NCBI GenBank assembly: GCA_946965045.2
Contig: OX337238.1
Location: forward strand, 1,736,001-1,800,000
Length of the DNA stretch: 64,000 nucleotides
DNA from: Epithemia pelagica
Lineage: Eukaryota; Protista; Bacillariophyta
Direction of reading: 5' to 3'
A program made the translations under genes and the position numbers. Numbering within the stretch: position 1 is the stretch's first letter; every line of letters begins with the position of its first letter. The notes under the pieces were generated by a model that had not been told where the DNA came from, did no database searches, and was given only the letters and a program-made list of their open reading frames with translations. Positions 36,428 to 48,110 of this stretch are shown here, one piece after another.

Positions 36428-37342
36428 TAGAGCTGTGTCAAGCAACAGCTTTTTTCTGCTGGAGAACTCAAGCGCTTGAGCGCTTGAGCTAGGACCAAAT
36501 TCAAGCGCTCAAGCGCTCAAGCGGCAGCAAACAGGGCTAACACGGGAAACTATGGCAATAGACTCATCATAGCATCTCTAGTAAAATGGTAACTTGTCAT
36601 ACTATCTATTGTGTACATGATAGGTGATGGAAAACCTATTTTGAAGTTACTCTTAAAAGATACTTTTCATTCCGTTGTCTTTGTGCGATCTCGTGGTGTA
36701 GCTTCTTCTTGCAAGAATAATGCCTTCTGATTGCGTGAGCTTAGTTCGTTGCTGGGCACAGACGAAGAGCTCGTAGTGGGAAGTTGTGGAGAGATTCTTG
36801 TCTAATGATGAGTCGTTCCTCTTTTCAATTGTTAGAGTCTAGCTAGCGGAGGTTGTGTAGTAGGCTTCGTCCATTTTTTCTCACTCCAACATGGTACAAA
36901 TGCCAATGAACAGTTTTCCTGTCCAATAATGGGACGCAAACTCCATCAGCAGCATCTTGAGATATCTTTGTAACACATATTTCCTTGCCTTTGTGAATGG
37001 CAATAGTAGGAGGCCTTACGTATTCTTTTTCCATGGATGACAATTTATTCTTCTCACTATCATCATTGTCATCTGTTGGGCCCTCTTCAGCCACTTGCTC
37101 ATAATTTTCATCATCTGGATGGTATGATGACTCATTGTGATCATCAATAGATGTCTCAGGCATTGTAGAAAGGCTGTTAGGGGCAGACGAATGACGGTTT
37201 GCTGCGTTTTGGCACTTTCCTCTAGTCTAGGTGCTTGAGCGCTTGAGCTCTCAAGCAACACCCTTTCTGTGCTGGAGCTCCTCAAGCGCTTGAGAAGTCA
37301 AGCGCTTGAGCGCTTGAGCGCTTGACGCTTGACCCAGCTCTA
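36428..37342. mobile_element. 915-bp non-autonomous hAT-like DNA transposon
   Basis: TIR TAGAGCTGTGTCAAGC / rc TAGAGCTGGGTCAAGC (15/16). Exact 8-bp TSD TCGCTCAC at 36420-36427 and 37343-37350. Subterminal arrays of GCTTGAG/CTCAAGC at both ends. Confidence 0.88.
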
Positions 37343-37827
37343 TCGCTCACTCAACATCATCCACACAAATAATAATCTATCTTATTACGAGTGACGAATT
37401 TACGTAAGGTTGTCGGTTGTCGCACGTGTTTCAGTTCTCTTTGTTCTACAATAAGCACGAATAGGCACATGTACTCCCCCAAAGCGCGTGCCACTGGGAC
37501 TGTCTCTTGCCTGGCACGTGGCACGCACCGGTTGGGATATTGTACGCCGGGGATGTTACCCAATTCCCCAAGTTGAAAATTGAATCGCCTAAAATAAGTC
37601 GAAGGACGGCTGAGTTCAGTATTCAGTAGAGCTCTGACCCGCGTGACGGTACCTTGTAGAGCCCTGACCTCCCGTGACCGTAACTTGTCGAGGCGAGTCT
37701 GATCAGCGCTGATCCTGGAAGTCATTTGGGTTCGCATGGGTGAGCAGCATAAGCGCATGCGACACGAAGCAAAATAGCGTAGGTAGTCCCAACTCCCAAC
37801 CCCCCTAGCTTAGGCGAGATAGGTGTA

Positions 37828-38130
37828 GTTCAATATTAACGCAACACCTCAAAACGCAACGCCATCACTGATTACTGATTACTGCCTCCTCGGGCGCAAG
37901 CGCCCTCCTCGGCCGATTCGATCCATTCACACCAAGAAGGGATGGAACGGTTAAGTTCAATGTTAACGCAACACCTTCAAAACGCAACGCCGTCACTGAT
38001 TACTGATTACTGCCTCCTCGGGCGCAAGCGCCCTCCTCGGCCGATTCGATCCATTCACACCAAGAAGGGATGGAACGGTTAAGTTCAATGTTAACGCAAC
38101 ACCTTCAAAACGCAACGCCATCACTGATTA
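37828..38130. repeat. Tandem repeat of 127/128-bp unit, about 2.4 copies
   Basis: Units start at 37828, 37955 and 38083 (GTTCAATRTTAACGCAACACC...) and are nearly identical. Confidence 0.9.
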
Positions 38131-38322
38131 GTGAAAAAGCGAGCGAGAAGCGAAAGGTGAGGAAAGGGACGCTATGATCTTGAATGCTATGTCATCAAAG
38201 GTGAGAATGGCAAAACGTGGAGCTAACCTCCATCATGTGAATCACTAGGGACCAGTCTTTATCATTACCATTGCATGTTATCATCTACAGAGTACTTTCA
38301 TGTTAGTGTCATCGTTCAATCG

Positions 38323-38754
38323 TGTTGTTGTTACGGGCATCCCGGCTCGACACCATTGACGACATTTCGTCAATTTGGTCGGTGATTCCTCAAGTCCGTG
38401 ACGCGTCACGTCACACGAGGGTCCGTGCCGTGCCGTACAATAGTAGCAACCTTGATCTTATCAACCTGTTCCGAAATGTTTGTACTGCTCTTCTGCGACC
38501 ACTGAGCATTAATTACCGTTACGACTGCCGTCCTCTTGTCTTGACACACTATCATTCAACTGCCTGTAAAAGTCATTTGTTGTTGGTTGGGAAAATCAGG
38601 ATATTTGTATATTACAATGGAGACATTTTTGAATTATACAGTTTATCGACTTATGACCCTGCGCGATTTAGAGTGAATAAAATGACCAGAACACATCTTG
38701 TAATATACAACTCTGTATATTCTTGTATGTTATTACTATCAGAATTAACGTTCA
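38323..38754. mobile_element. Possible solo LTR
   Basis: TG...CA ends, 432 bp, AT-rich 3' half with AATAAA, and imperfect 5-bp flanks AATCG/AATCC. No second copy in the window. Confidence 0.2.
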
Positions 38755-39236
38755 AATCCTGACCAAATTTGTCATTGTACTTCCCCATCCACTGTCAGAT
38801 GACTATGTCCGTTTTGCAGTCATTGCTGAAATCTCCACCCCAAACCCCATCTAAACGATCTACCCGACATCGTTCATACTGAACTCAGTCGAACTTCTTC
38901 CACAAACTACGAATCGTCGTCCCGGAGAACTTGCGATTCATCGATAGATCCAATAAAGACAATGAAGGTAGTAGAAAAGACTGGAGGATAATCCAGGGGC
39001 ATACTCCTACAAAACGAAACTCTCGAAGGAAAGGAAACTCTACCATTGGGTATCAGCAGATCAGCAGCACTAAAAAAGCACTCCACAAGGAAAGGATGCG
39101 TTCCGTTTTACACCCCCTTGTGATATCAGCAGCATCGACGGAACGGGCTGTTGTGGTCTACCTTTCAGGGTGTACTCCACCGCAGTGACACTCTCATAAC
39201 CATGAAACTTCCTCCTCTCTCGCTATCTTTATCGTG

Positions 39237-41596
39237 TTATTTCGATGCACCCAATGCCATTTGGTTGCGCCAAGCCATGGGAAACATGGCATCGGGAACA
39301 CGTAGGTCGTGTCGAAAGGCATTTGGTAAAAACAGGTCGGTCGTATACGGCTTGTCTTGGACATGAAACACTTGGTGTGGACAATGGGTCCAAATCTGTG
39401 ATTCCTTTTCTTTGGTCGATACACTGATCTTGTTGTTGTTGTTCTTTTGGTTGTGGTCTCGTCGTTTTTGAGGAGGTTCCCAAACACGGACGGTATACAA
39501 AATCTCTTGGTTTGTTTTGGTGGTAGAAGTAGTCCCATGGATGGATCCAGTTGTGGTATTCAGTATTTCGCAAAACCATTGCTTGCGGTGATGGCTGTTG
39601 AAGGACTCAAGGGCCTCGTCCAAGGACCTGTTTTTCTTGTGCTGAGAGTCCCATCGACTCTTTTTGGAAAAGAAATCATGACACAGTAACTGAACATTTG
39701 GAGGAATGAGGGGGCATTCTTGGTTGCGAGGATCCATGGTCATTTCTCCCTTCTTCCATGCCTCATTAATTTCATCAGCACTGCGATAGTCGTTTGCTCC
39801 TGGTACGGGCTGCCAGGTTTGGACATGGTGTTGCCAGGCCTCTTCCCACTCGGGACCATAATCCATAAAGACCTCGTCGCCTTTGCGAATGGGTTTGGTT
39901 GCCACGAGTTGAAAAGCAAACATGGCTTGAGAGACGGTTTGCAGAACGGATACCGATTGATTGAAAAAATGTTCTTGTTGTGTGCCCATCCGTTTCGGAT
40001 CGGCCCATTGCAGTTGCACATTGGCCCGTGTCTGATTGTGATTTCTACCAATGTGTTGCAACAATGGGTGAGCCTCTTTGGGGACCGTCCGAGATGTGAG
40101 AAACACGTTATGGTAAGACTTACATGTAGCTTGCCATGGGACCATATGGACACAGCAACAGCGTGCTTTCTCCATGACCAAAACAGTAATTCAACAAGAG
40201 TTGAGGAGGCATGGGTGCACTGAAATCAATCTGTCGTTGATTTTTGTGTCGTCCTAGTCGGAATTGATACATGTCCAACCGTGCTCGGTTTGTTACATGA
40301 ATGAGTGGTACTGCGGCGACAATGGTCCCGGGTGGCAAGTCGCGACTGGCAAAGGCACCACGTCCGGCCTGGGGGAGTGTGGATGGGTGAGCCTCCAAAT
40401 GATCACCGCAAATGCCATGTTCTTGAAGCCATTCGGGTGTTTGTGTGGCTTGTTGACGACGAAGGGTGGTCAGAGGCATTCCAGCTTCCAATTGGGACAA
40501 TTCGTTGGGATCGTCGTGATGAAAAGAGGCCAAGACCCGTGAGGTTTCATTGTAGGCACTATGTCGGACAAAGATATCCCAAAGATCCTCCAACAAGGAA
40601 TCCTGATGCTGCGACGCCGAACCTTTCAAGTTTGTATAATTTCGTTTGATCTTCAAAAACGATTGAAACAGACGAGATGCTTCACTAAGATCTTGCTTCA
40701 AGGGTACTGGACCAAGTTTGGTTCGATCTGTCCCCCAAAACACAAAAAAGAAAAAAAAACACCACGGGGGTTTCGAGTATGTGAGCGGCTTGTCGACTGG
40801 TTTGGCCTGCGGTGTGGTAGGGAAAACGCTTCTTGTACGTACATTGAAACCAGTTGGGTCCATAGTTGATATACAATTCTTCTCCGGGTGCAATCTCACG
40901 AGAAGCAGTTGCTAATCGATCAAAGTAGGGAGTAAAGGCACCGGCCCCTGGATCGTGTGAACGATGCAACTGGACGGCATTGCGTCGACATGTAGATTCA
41001 TCAACATTGACCATGGCATGAAACGCATTGGCTACCGCTCCCAGTCCCAGTGAGGCACCATTGACATTGAACCGTCCTTCTTGTTCCATGCCCAAACTCT
41101 CGCCGGTCCAAGCATAGTGATTCATCATGAAGTCAAAGCGTTCATGTTGGTTGTGAGCGACCAAATCGACAATGGGAATGACCAAATCACCGACGGGTTG
41201 TTGCATTCTTTGGCCGCGACGGTACGCCTTACCCGCATACAGGCCCAAACCGGCTCCTGGTAAGACCGAGGGTGCTACCCAAATGCCACATTCCACTACA
41301 GATTGGTCTTGTTGTCGGGACGAACCGAACCCATGATTTTGTAAAACATTCCAGGATGACAAGGAGACGAAGGGGGACAATAAATGATGCATCCAAACGA
41401 AAATTACACAATAGATAATGACGATAAGACACAACACAAAACACCGAATCTTTTGCTTTCTTTTCTTCGTCGCGACGAGTGGTCCAACATGGTCTCGTCG
41501 TCCTCCTCTCATGATTCCTCCTCGGATGATTCCTCCTCGCCTGCCATGTGTTGTCGTGCTTGTCCCATGGATTGTTGCAGTATGATGAGGCATCAT
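39237..41596 (-). CDS. Double-SET protein copy C, 721 aa; exons 41596-40843, 40727-40124, 40044-39237
   Basis: Same motifs and introns as copy A. RGG-rich N-tail followed by a TM segment. Exons sum to 722 codons. Confidence 0.85.
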
Positions 41597-42217
41597 AGAT
41601 CGCTGATTGTACTCCAAGTCGGTGATGTACGAATATAGCTTGTCGTAGATGACGGTCTTGAATTTCGGAAGCTCTTTCAACTTTCAATCTCTTTTGAACC
41701 CTGGGACATTGCGCATCAAATCTGGACCGCATGTCGAAATTCAAACGAGAGCTCTCCTCGCGCTCGTCTACCGGCGCATGTCCGACCTGTCGGCCTCCGC
41801 ATGCCAGTACATATGCCCATTGACTCTTCTTAAGAAATAATCATCTGTGCGCCGGGTGGGCTATGGTCTGTTGTCACAATGATGCGCCCTGCAACTACGC
41901 ACTATCATCGAATAAATCAAGTCCTGAGGTACTTTTTCACCTGTCACGGCAGCAATGGTCCAGTGCTACTACACATTGATTACAATCGATCAATATCTGA
42001 GGAGAAACCGAACAAGGCAACAGAGGCCAGAGCAACAAGTGGCATTGGCGTGAAGCAACCACCACACACCAGTGAGAATGCGACAACTCTATCATTCTGG
42101 CGCTACGAATGTCAAAGTAACAACAAAGTTGTGTGTGTTGGTGAAGGAATCATTTTTGGTTCTATGGCATGAATATTCTACTCTTGTCTACTCATGAGGT
42201 TCTGACTTCAATAAGGA

Positions 42218-42602
42218 TCACCACAAGTCAAGGCAAGGGCGTACTAGCACCCGCCATGGACCTGGATCACAACGCGACCGGTCGTTTTGACGGTCCCATG
42301 CCTTGCCAAACTCGGAGACCTTGTACTCGGAATCGATGGAGACCTCTACTGACTCTTGTTCCACCCACTCGTCTGGGAAGTTGGTGGTATCCTCTCGTCT
42401 GTTCCGGCAAGTCGTCCAAGTTAATTCCCTATCACGCCACATACAAGATTTAGAACTCATGGCTCGGTGGGTGGAGCAGAAGTCGGTACGCGTATCATTC
42501 GACTCGGGGTTCAAGGTATCCGATTTTGCCAAGGCAAAGGCACGTCAAAACGATCGAAACAAGAACGGTTGGGTCCTGATCAAGGTTCAAGGTGGTTGGT
42601 AA
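42218..42602. pseudogene. Two MDR oxidoreductase 3' fragments joined in opposite orientation
   Basis: 42218-42372 matches the minus-strand copy (46536-46677). 42374-42602 matches the plus-strand copy (29766-29995). Confidence 0.8.
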
Positions 42603-42937
42603 TTGATAATACATCCTTCTCTTTGCACGGGCGCGATCCCCGTTGAAGCAAGATCTTCATAAGTTGAACTGAGTAGAATATTCATGTCATAGAAACAAAA
42701 ATGAGTTCTTGAGCAGCACAAACAACAAACTGGCAGCCTAGTTTTAAGAGAGTAGTCTATGAATTGAATGTGTTAGGAGTAGTTGTCGCATTCTCATTGG
42801 TGTCGCCCGACTAGGTGGAATATATGGCGTAGTGCCAGAGATGGACTGACCTAGGCCTGGACGGATAGTGGTCGTAAAGGAATAGACGTAAACGTGGGAA
42901 GACTCCCGGTTGGTATAGAGAGAAGATATTAAAGTAC

Positions 42938-43205
42938 GTGTACAATCAAGGCACGATATTTTATCTCTTTCAACGTCGATTCAGAGGAGCACAGGATTCA
43001 GTGACTGATGAGGGATTGCACAACTGTTCGTCGATTAACTTGTCAGATGTGCTCTGTTTCTCGCTGGATTACAGCCAATGTCAAGGTAGCGAAGAGAGAC
43101 GGACAGACTCGTTTACCAGCACTGCAGTGATAGAGATCATCTTGGCTTTTGCGATACTTTACGCCTTGATTGGCGTGTAGTGGATCCAAGTTATTCCCAG
43201 AGGGG
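42938..43205 (+). pseudogene. Orphan ABCA exon fragment 2
   Basis: YNQGT.F..FQ...NLSDVLCFSLDYSQCQGSEE..TDSFTSTA...*WIQVIPRG followed by GTAAG; paralog of 30333-30600. Confidence 0.7.
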
Positions 43206-43584
43206 TAAGTTTTCATTTCCTGGTCTTTTCACAATTCGGCATACATCTCTTACCAACTGTCAACCCCAGCACAGATTAGACCAGTACAACCATACTACTT
43301 ACCTTTTACACGCGTGTATTGGAACAAAGCCAATGAAACGCACCAGCGACTTGATATCACCAGTGGAGAAATGGACGTGTCCTCGAAGTCCCTGACCAAG
43401 TTCATACCCGTCAACTGATTGGTGTTTAAACTCATCTCGTGGACAAGTCGACTTTCCGACGTCACTTGAGCTTCTGTGGTGTTATCCTGTGCTGACATTG
43501 TTGCCTTTTTTGCATTGCCTTACAGACAACACAATCAGCGCTCGATGCACAAGAGCTTGCCACGTGCGTGTTCCTCCACAATCA

Positions 43585-45865
43585 TTAGCTGCTTTGATGA
43601 ACAGTTTGTTTCTTCTTCCAGTTCCGCCAGGCGTCAGGGAACATATCGTCGGGAACCCGCATATCGTGGCGAAAGGCATTCTCCAAAAACAGGTCGGATG
43701 TGTACGGTTTGTCTTGAAAATGAAAGACTTGCTTAGGGCAGTTGCTCCATAGAATGGGTTCTTTGGGATTTTTGGCTTTACCACGACGAGGCCGACTCCG
43801 TTCCTCCCACACACGGACCGTGTACAACACCTCAGGTCGGGTTGTAGTTGTCGTATTGCCTCGCTTGGTCCTAGTTGTGGCGTTGATAATTTCGCAAAAC
43901 CAATAGTCTGCGTCTTCTCGACTGTACTTTTCTAGGTCTTTGTCGAGAGTACCATTTTGGTAGCTTGGTAACCACCGATGTTGCTTGGCAAAGTAGTCAT
44001 TGCATGTCAAATCTACATTGGCAGGAATATCAACCATCTTGTGTTCTTCAATACGCATTTTGAGTTTTCCCGTCTTCCAGGCCCGATTCATGTCATCGGC
44101 ACTCATGTACGTGTCTGCTCCCGTGACGGGTTGCCAGTTTTGAACGTGTCGTTGCCATGCTTGTTCCCATTCGGGACCATAATCCAAAAAAACCTCGTCG
44201 CCTTTGCGAATTGTTTTGGTGGCAGCAAGTTCAAAGGCCAATTTGGCGGCCGACCCTGTCTCTAGGGATTCGACGGACCGGTCAAGCAAGTGCGGTTGAA
44301 AGGTTCCCCTTTTAGGATCGGCCCATTGAATCTTGACATTGGCTTGCGTCTGGTTGTGATTGCTATGACAATAATAGTGGACGAGTCCAGAATAGTGGTG
44401 AGACTCTACACTTGTTGTTTCGCATCACACAAAGGGAAAAAGCAACGACGGAGCACCACTTACATGTACCCCACCATGGGGCCATAGGGACAAAACAAAA
44501 GCGAACTCTCGCCATGACCAAAACAATAATTGAGCAAGAGTTGAGGGGGTAGAGGCTTGTTGAGATTCGGTTGCTTGTGCCTCGGTCCCTCCATAATGTG
44601 CATGTTTAATCGTGATCGATTCGTCACGTGAATGAGTGGCATGGCAGTCACAGCAGTCCCTTTTGGCAAGTCTCGACTGGCAAAGGCACCCCGTCCCGCT
44701 TGCGGTAATGTGGATGGTTGGGGCTCGAGGTGATCTCCACACGTTCCATGTTTTTGAAACCATTCCGTGGTCCGTGTACCTTCTTGTCGACGAAGTTGTT
44801 TGAGTGTTTTGCCCTTTTGCAATTGGACCAATTCATTGGGATCATTGTGATGAAAGCTTCCAAAGACACGCGAGGTTTGATTGAATGCGCTGTGTCGGAC
44901 AAAGGTATCCCACAAATCATCAAACACACGAGACGAAACCGTGTTTTGCTGTTTTTGGAGTTCGGCAAAGTGTCGAAGCAAGAGATTGGCACGATCGAGA
45001 TCGTGTGTGAGGGGAACGGGGCCTAATTGCGGTCGAACTTTATGCAAGACAACGAAAAGGAAATTAAAGAATAAGCTAGCGTCAGAGCAATTCTGGTCAA
45101 GAAAGGATGCAACTCGATTTTGATATTACCTTGAAACCATCGTGATCCGTAATAGAGATAAAATTCTTCGCCTGCATGAATGTTGCGAGTGGCGGTGGAG
45201 AATCGATCAAAGTAGGGCGTAAAGGCCCCGGCACCAGGATCCTTGGATCGATGTAATCCATTGGCATTGTGTTGACTGGGATGCTCGTCGACATTGTCGA
45301 GCGCGTGAAAGGCATTGGGAATGGCACCCAGCCCGGATACGGCACCAACAACATCATAATACCCTTCGTGAGTCATGTCGAGAGTTTCACCATCCCAAAT
45401 GTAGTACTCTTTCCACAAAAAATCAAAGTCTTCCTTGTTGTTTTGACGAGCCAAATCGACAATAGGGACCGCCACATCACCCGTGCGTTGAAGCTTGTCT
45501 CCTTTCCGATACGACTTGCCGGCATACATGCCCAAGCCGGCTCCCGGTAAGGCCGAAGGAGCCACCCAAATGCCACATTCCACTGCAAGTTGGTCTTGTT
45601 GCCGGGACGAACCGAAAACATGATCTTGTAACACATTCCAGGATGACAAAGAGACGAAGGAGGACAAGAAATGATGCATCCGAACGAAAATTACAAAATA
45701 AGTAATGCCGACAATAGATAACACCAAACACCGAATGTGTTGCTTCCTTTTCTTCGCCACGACGAGGGGTCCAACATGGTCTCGTCGTCCTCCTCTGATG
45801 GTTCCTCCTCTCCTGCCATTTGTTGATGTGCTTGTCCCATGGATTTCTGCAGGATGATGAGGCAT
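43585..45865 (-). CDS. Double-SET protein copy D (chimeric C-type head, A-type body), 695 aa; exons 45865-45130, 45037-44464, 44362-43585
   Basis: Exons sum to 696 codons. N-terminus resembles copy C; SET domains and 3' flank are near-identical to copy A. Confidence 0.82.
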
Positions 45866-46535
45866 CCTAGATCCTGGATCTCTGGTTGTACTCCAAGTCG
45901 GTGATGTACGAATATACTTGTCGGTCGGAGATGACGGATGACGGTCTTGGATTTCGGAAGCTCTGAGACCCAGGCGCCATTGCGCGCATCCAAATTCCAA
46001 ATGTCGAAATTCAAACGAGAGCTCCCCTCGCGCTCGTCTACCAGCGCATGTCCGACCTGTCGGCCTCCACTTACTCTTACATAAGCCCATCGTCTTTGGG
46101 CGCCGGGCGGGTTATTGGTCGTGTTCAAACCGAAACGAGTTAACGATCCATGATCCATGATATCCACCCTACTTTTACTCTCTTCTCGAGGACTATCATC
46201 TCGATTCTGAGGTACTTCTTCACCTATCACGGCAGGAATGGTCCAGTACCACCACACATTGATTGAAATTGAACGAGGAATGAGAAGAAACCGAACAAGG
46301 CAACAAAGGCCACAGCAACAAGTGTGGCAATGGCATGAAGCAACCTTGACGGCCACCACACATCAGTGAGAAAGCGACAACTATCATTCTGGCGCAACGA
46401 ATGACAAAGTAACAACAAAGTTGTGTGTGTTTGGTGGGGGAATCATTTTTGGTTCTATGGCATGAATACTCTACTCATGTCTATTCACGGGTTCTGATTT
46501 CGACGAGGATCACCACAAGTCAAGGCAAGGACGTC

Positions 46536-47591
46536 CTACCACCCACCATGTACCTGGATCACGACGCGACCGGTCTTGGTCCGATCGTTTTGACGCTCCC
46601 ATGCCTTGTCAAACTCGGATACTTTGTACTCGGAATCGATGGAGACTTCTACTGACTCTTGTTCCACCCACTCGCCTACGAGTTGCAAGTCTTCTTTCTT
46701 GGACCAGCAGGGAATGAATTGTGACGTCTTGCCAGAAAAGACGAGTGGATACAACCAGGATCCCAGCAATATTGTGTCAAGATAAACTTCGGTCGATACC
46801 ATGCGACCACCGGGAGCCAACAAGTGTTTCAAGACCGAAAAGGAATACTTGCCCGACGCATAGAAAATCACATTGTATTGTTGCTTATGTACAGTTGGGT
46901 TGGTCTTGTGGAGAGTTTCCAGTTTGGTTTGGGTACGGTCAATGACCTTGTCGGCACGGAGGGCTTGGACTTTTTTGATATCCTTGGTACTACATACGGC
47001 AGTGATGGTTCCGGCCTGTAGTTGGCGAGCAATACCAATAGCCATGGATCCCACACCTCCAGAAGCACCCACAATGAGCACGGAATCATTGGGTTGCACA
47101 TTGGCCTTGTCTCGTAGGGCCTGTAAGGAGGTTGTACCTTCGGTGGCACATGCGGCTGCCTTTTGTAAGGAAACATGTTTGTAGGAGGATGACAGTTTGG
47201 CCAAGTCAGTCTTGGGCACGACCACATATTCACTGCAGGATCCTTGTTTGGTCGATGGGCTATATTGCAAATGTCCAAAGACTGCATCACCCACTTGAAA
47301 TTCATTCTTGGCAACATTTGATCCCACGGCCTCAATGATACCAGAAAAGTGATATCCTGGAACCAATGGTTTAGCCTTACGATCATGTACCATGATTCCG
47401 GTAAAGGTTTTGTGGACAATTTCTTCCAAGGCAGTATCCAAAGCTGCATAGGCCACCTGGACAAGTATAGACTCAGGTTTGTCTTCAATAGATGGCTTGG
47501 TTACTTGGACAATGGAAACGGATTTGTTTTCTTGAATGGCAATGGCATTCATCGTGGTACTGGAAGCTTTGGATGTGGCTGGAGAAGTCAT
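46536..47591 (-). CDS. Zinc-independent MDR oxidoreductase, intact copy (351 aa)
   Basis: Uninterrupted. PGYHFSGIIEAVG, GSCSEYVVV, ACATEGTTSLQAL, GASGGVG and TGRVVI motifs; no Zn ligands evident. Confidence 0.88.
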   Translation of the reverse strand: MTSPATSKASSTTMNAIAIQENKSVSIVQVTKPSIEDKPESILVQVAYAALDTALEEIVHKTFTGIMVHDRKAKPLVPGYHFSGIIEAVGSNVAKNEFQVGDAVFGHLQYSPSTKQGSCSEYVVVPKTDLAKLSSSYKHVSLQKAAACATEGTTSLQALRDKANVQPNDSVLIVGASGGVGSMAIGIARQLQAGTITAVCSTKDIKKVQALRADKVIDRTQTKLETLHKTNPTVHKQQYNVIFYASGKYSFSVLKHLLAPGGRMVSTEVYLDTILLGSWLYPLVFSGKTSQFIPCWSKKEDLQLVGEWVEQESVEVSIDSEYKVSEFDKAWERQNDRTKTGRVVIQVHGGW

Positions 47592-48110
47592 TTTCTTGTT
47601 TAGAAAGATCTGATGGGTCGTTGTTTTGTTTGGATTGTTGTTTTGTGAGACAAGTAAGCTCTCTAGGGAATTCGCCACCGTAGACAAATCGCGTGCTCGG
47701 TTCTCGGTTCGTATTCGGGTGTTCTTGTGCGCGGATCAGCTTCCGCGCGGGTTGTGGGTATCCCCAGCGGGGTGGATTTTAAGGTGTAATTTTTACACGA
47801 AATTTCCTTACCCCCCCGCTGGGGTATGGTTGTGTTTTCTCCAACTCCGAAGCGGCTAATGCTCGAAAATGGTAGTGTATCACTTTATTCATGTGATCCG
47901 TCTCACGATAGAAATTATAGCTCACCGTATTCGCGTAACGAGTGCTCTTGTCTCTATTACTCGTACCTTAGTAAGGTAGCTAGTGGAGTACGCCATTGGA
48001 TGTTGTATGGCAATAATATCTCTATCTCTGTGAGTAGCTCCTCAATGATTTCTATCTAAATTCGAGTGTTTCTTGTCTTTATCCTTCCTACAACACAAAT
48101 CGTATGTTAT

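Noticed and set aside
37828-38130. CRISPR array
   Set aside because: Units are contiguous 127/128-bp repeats with no unique spacers, no cas genes, and a eukaryotic context.
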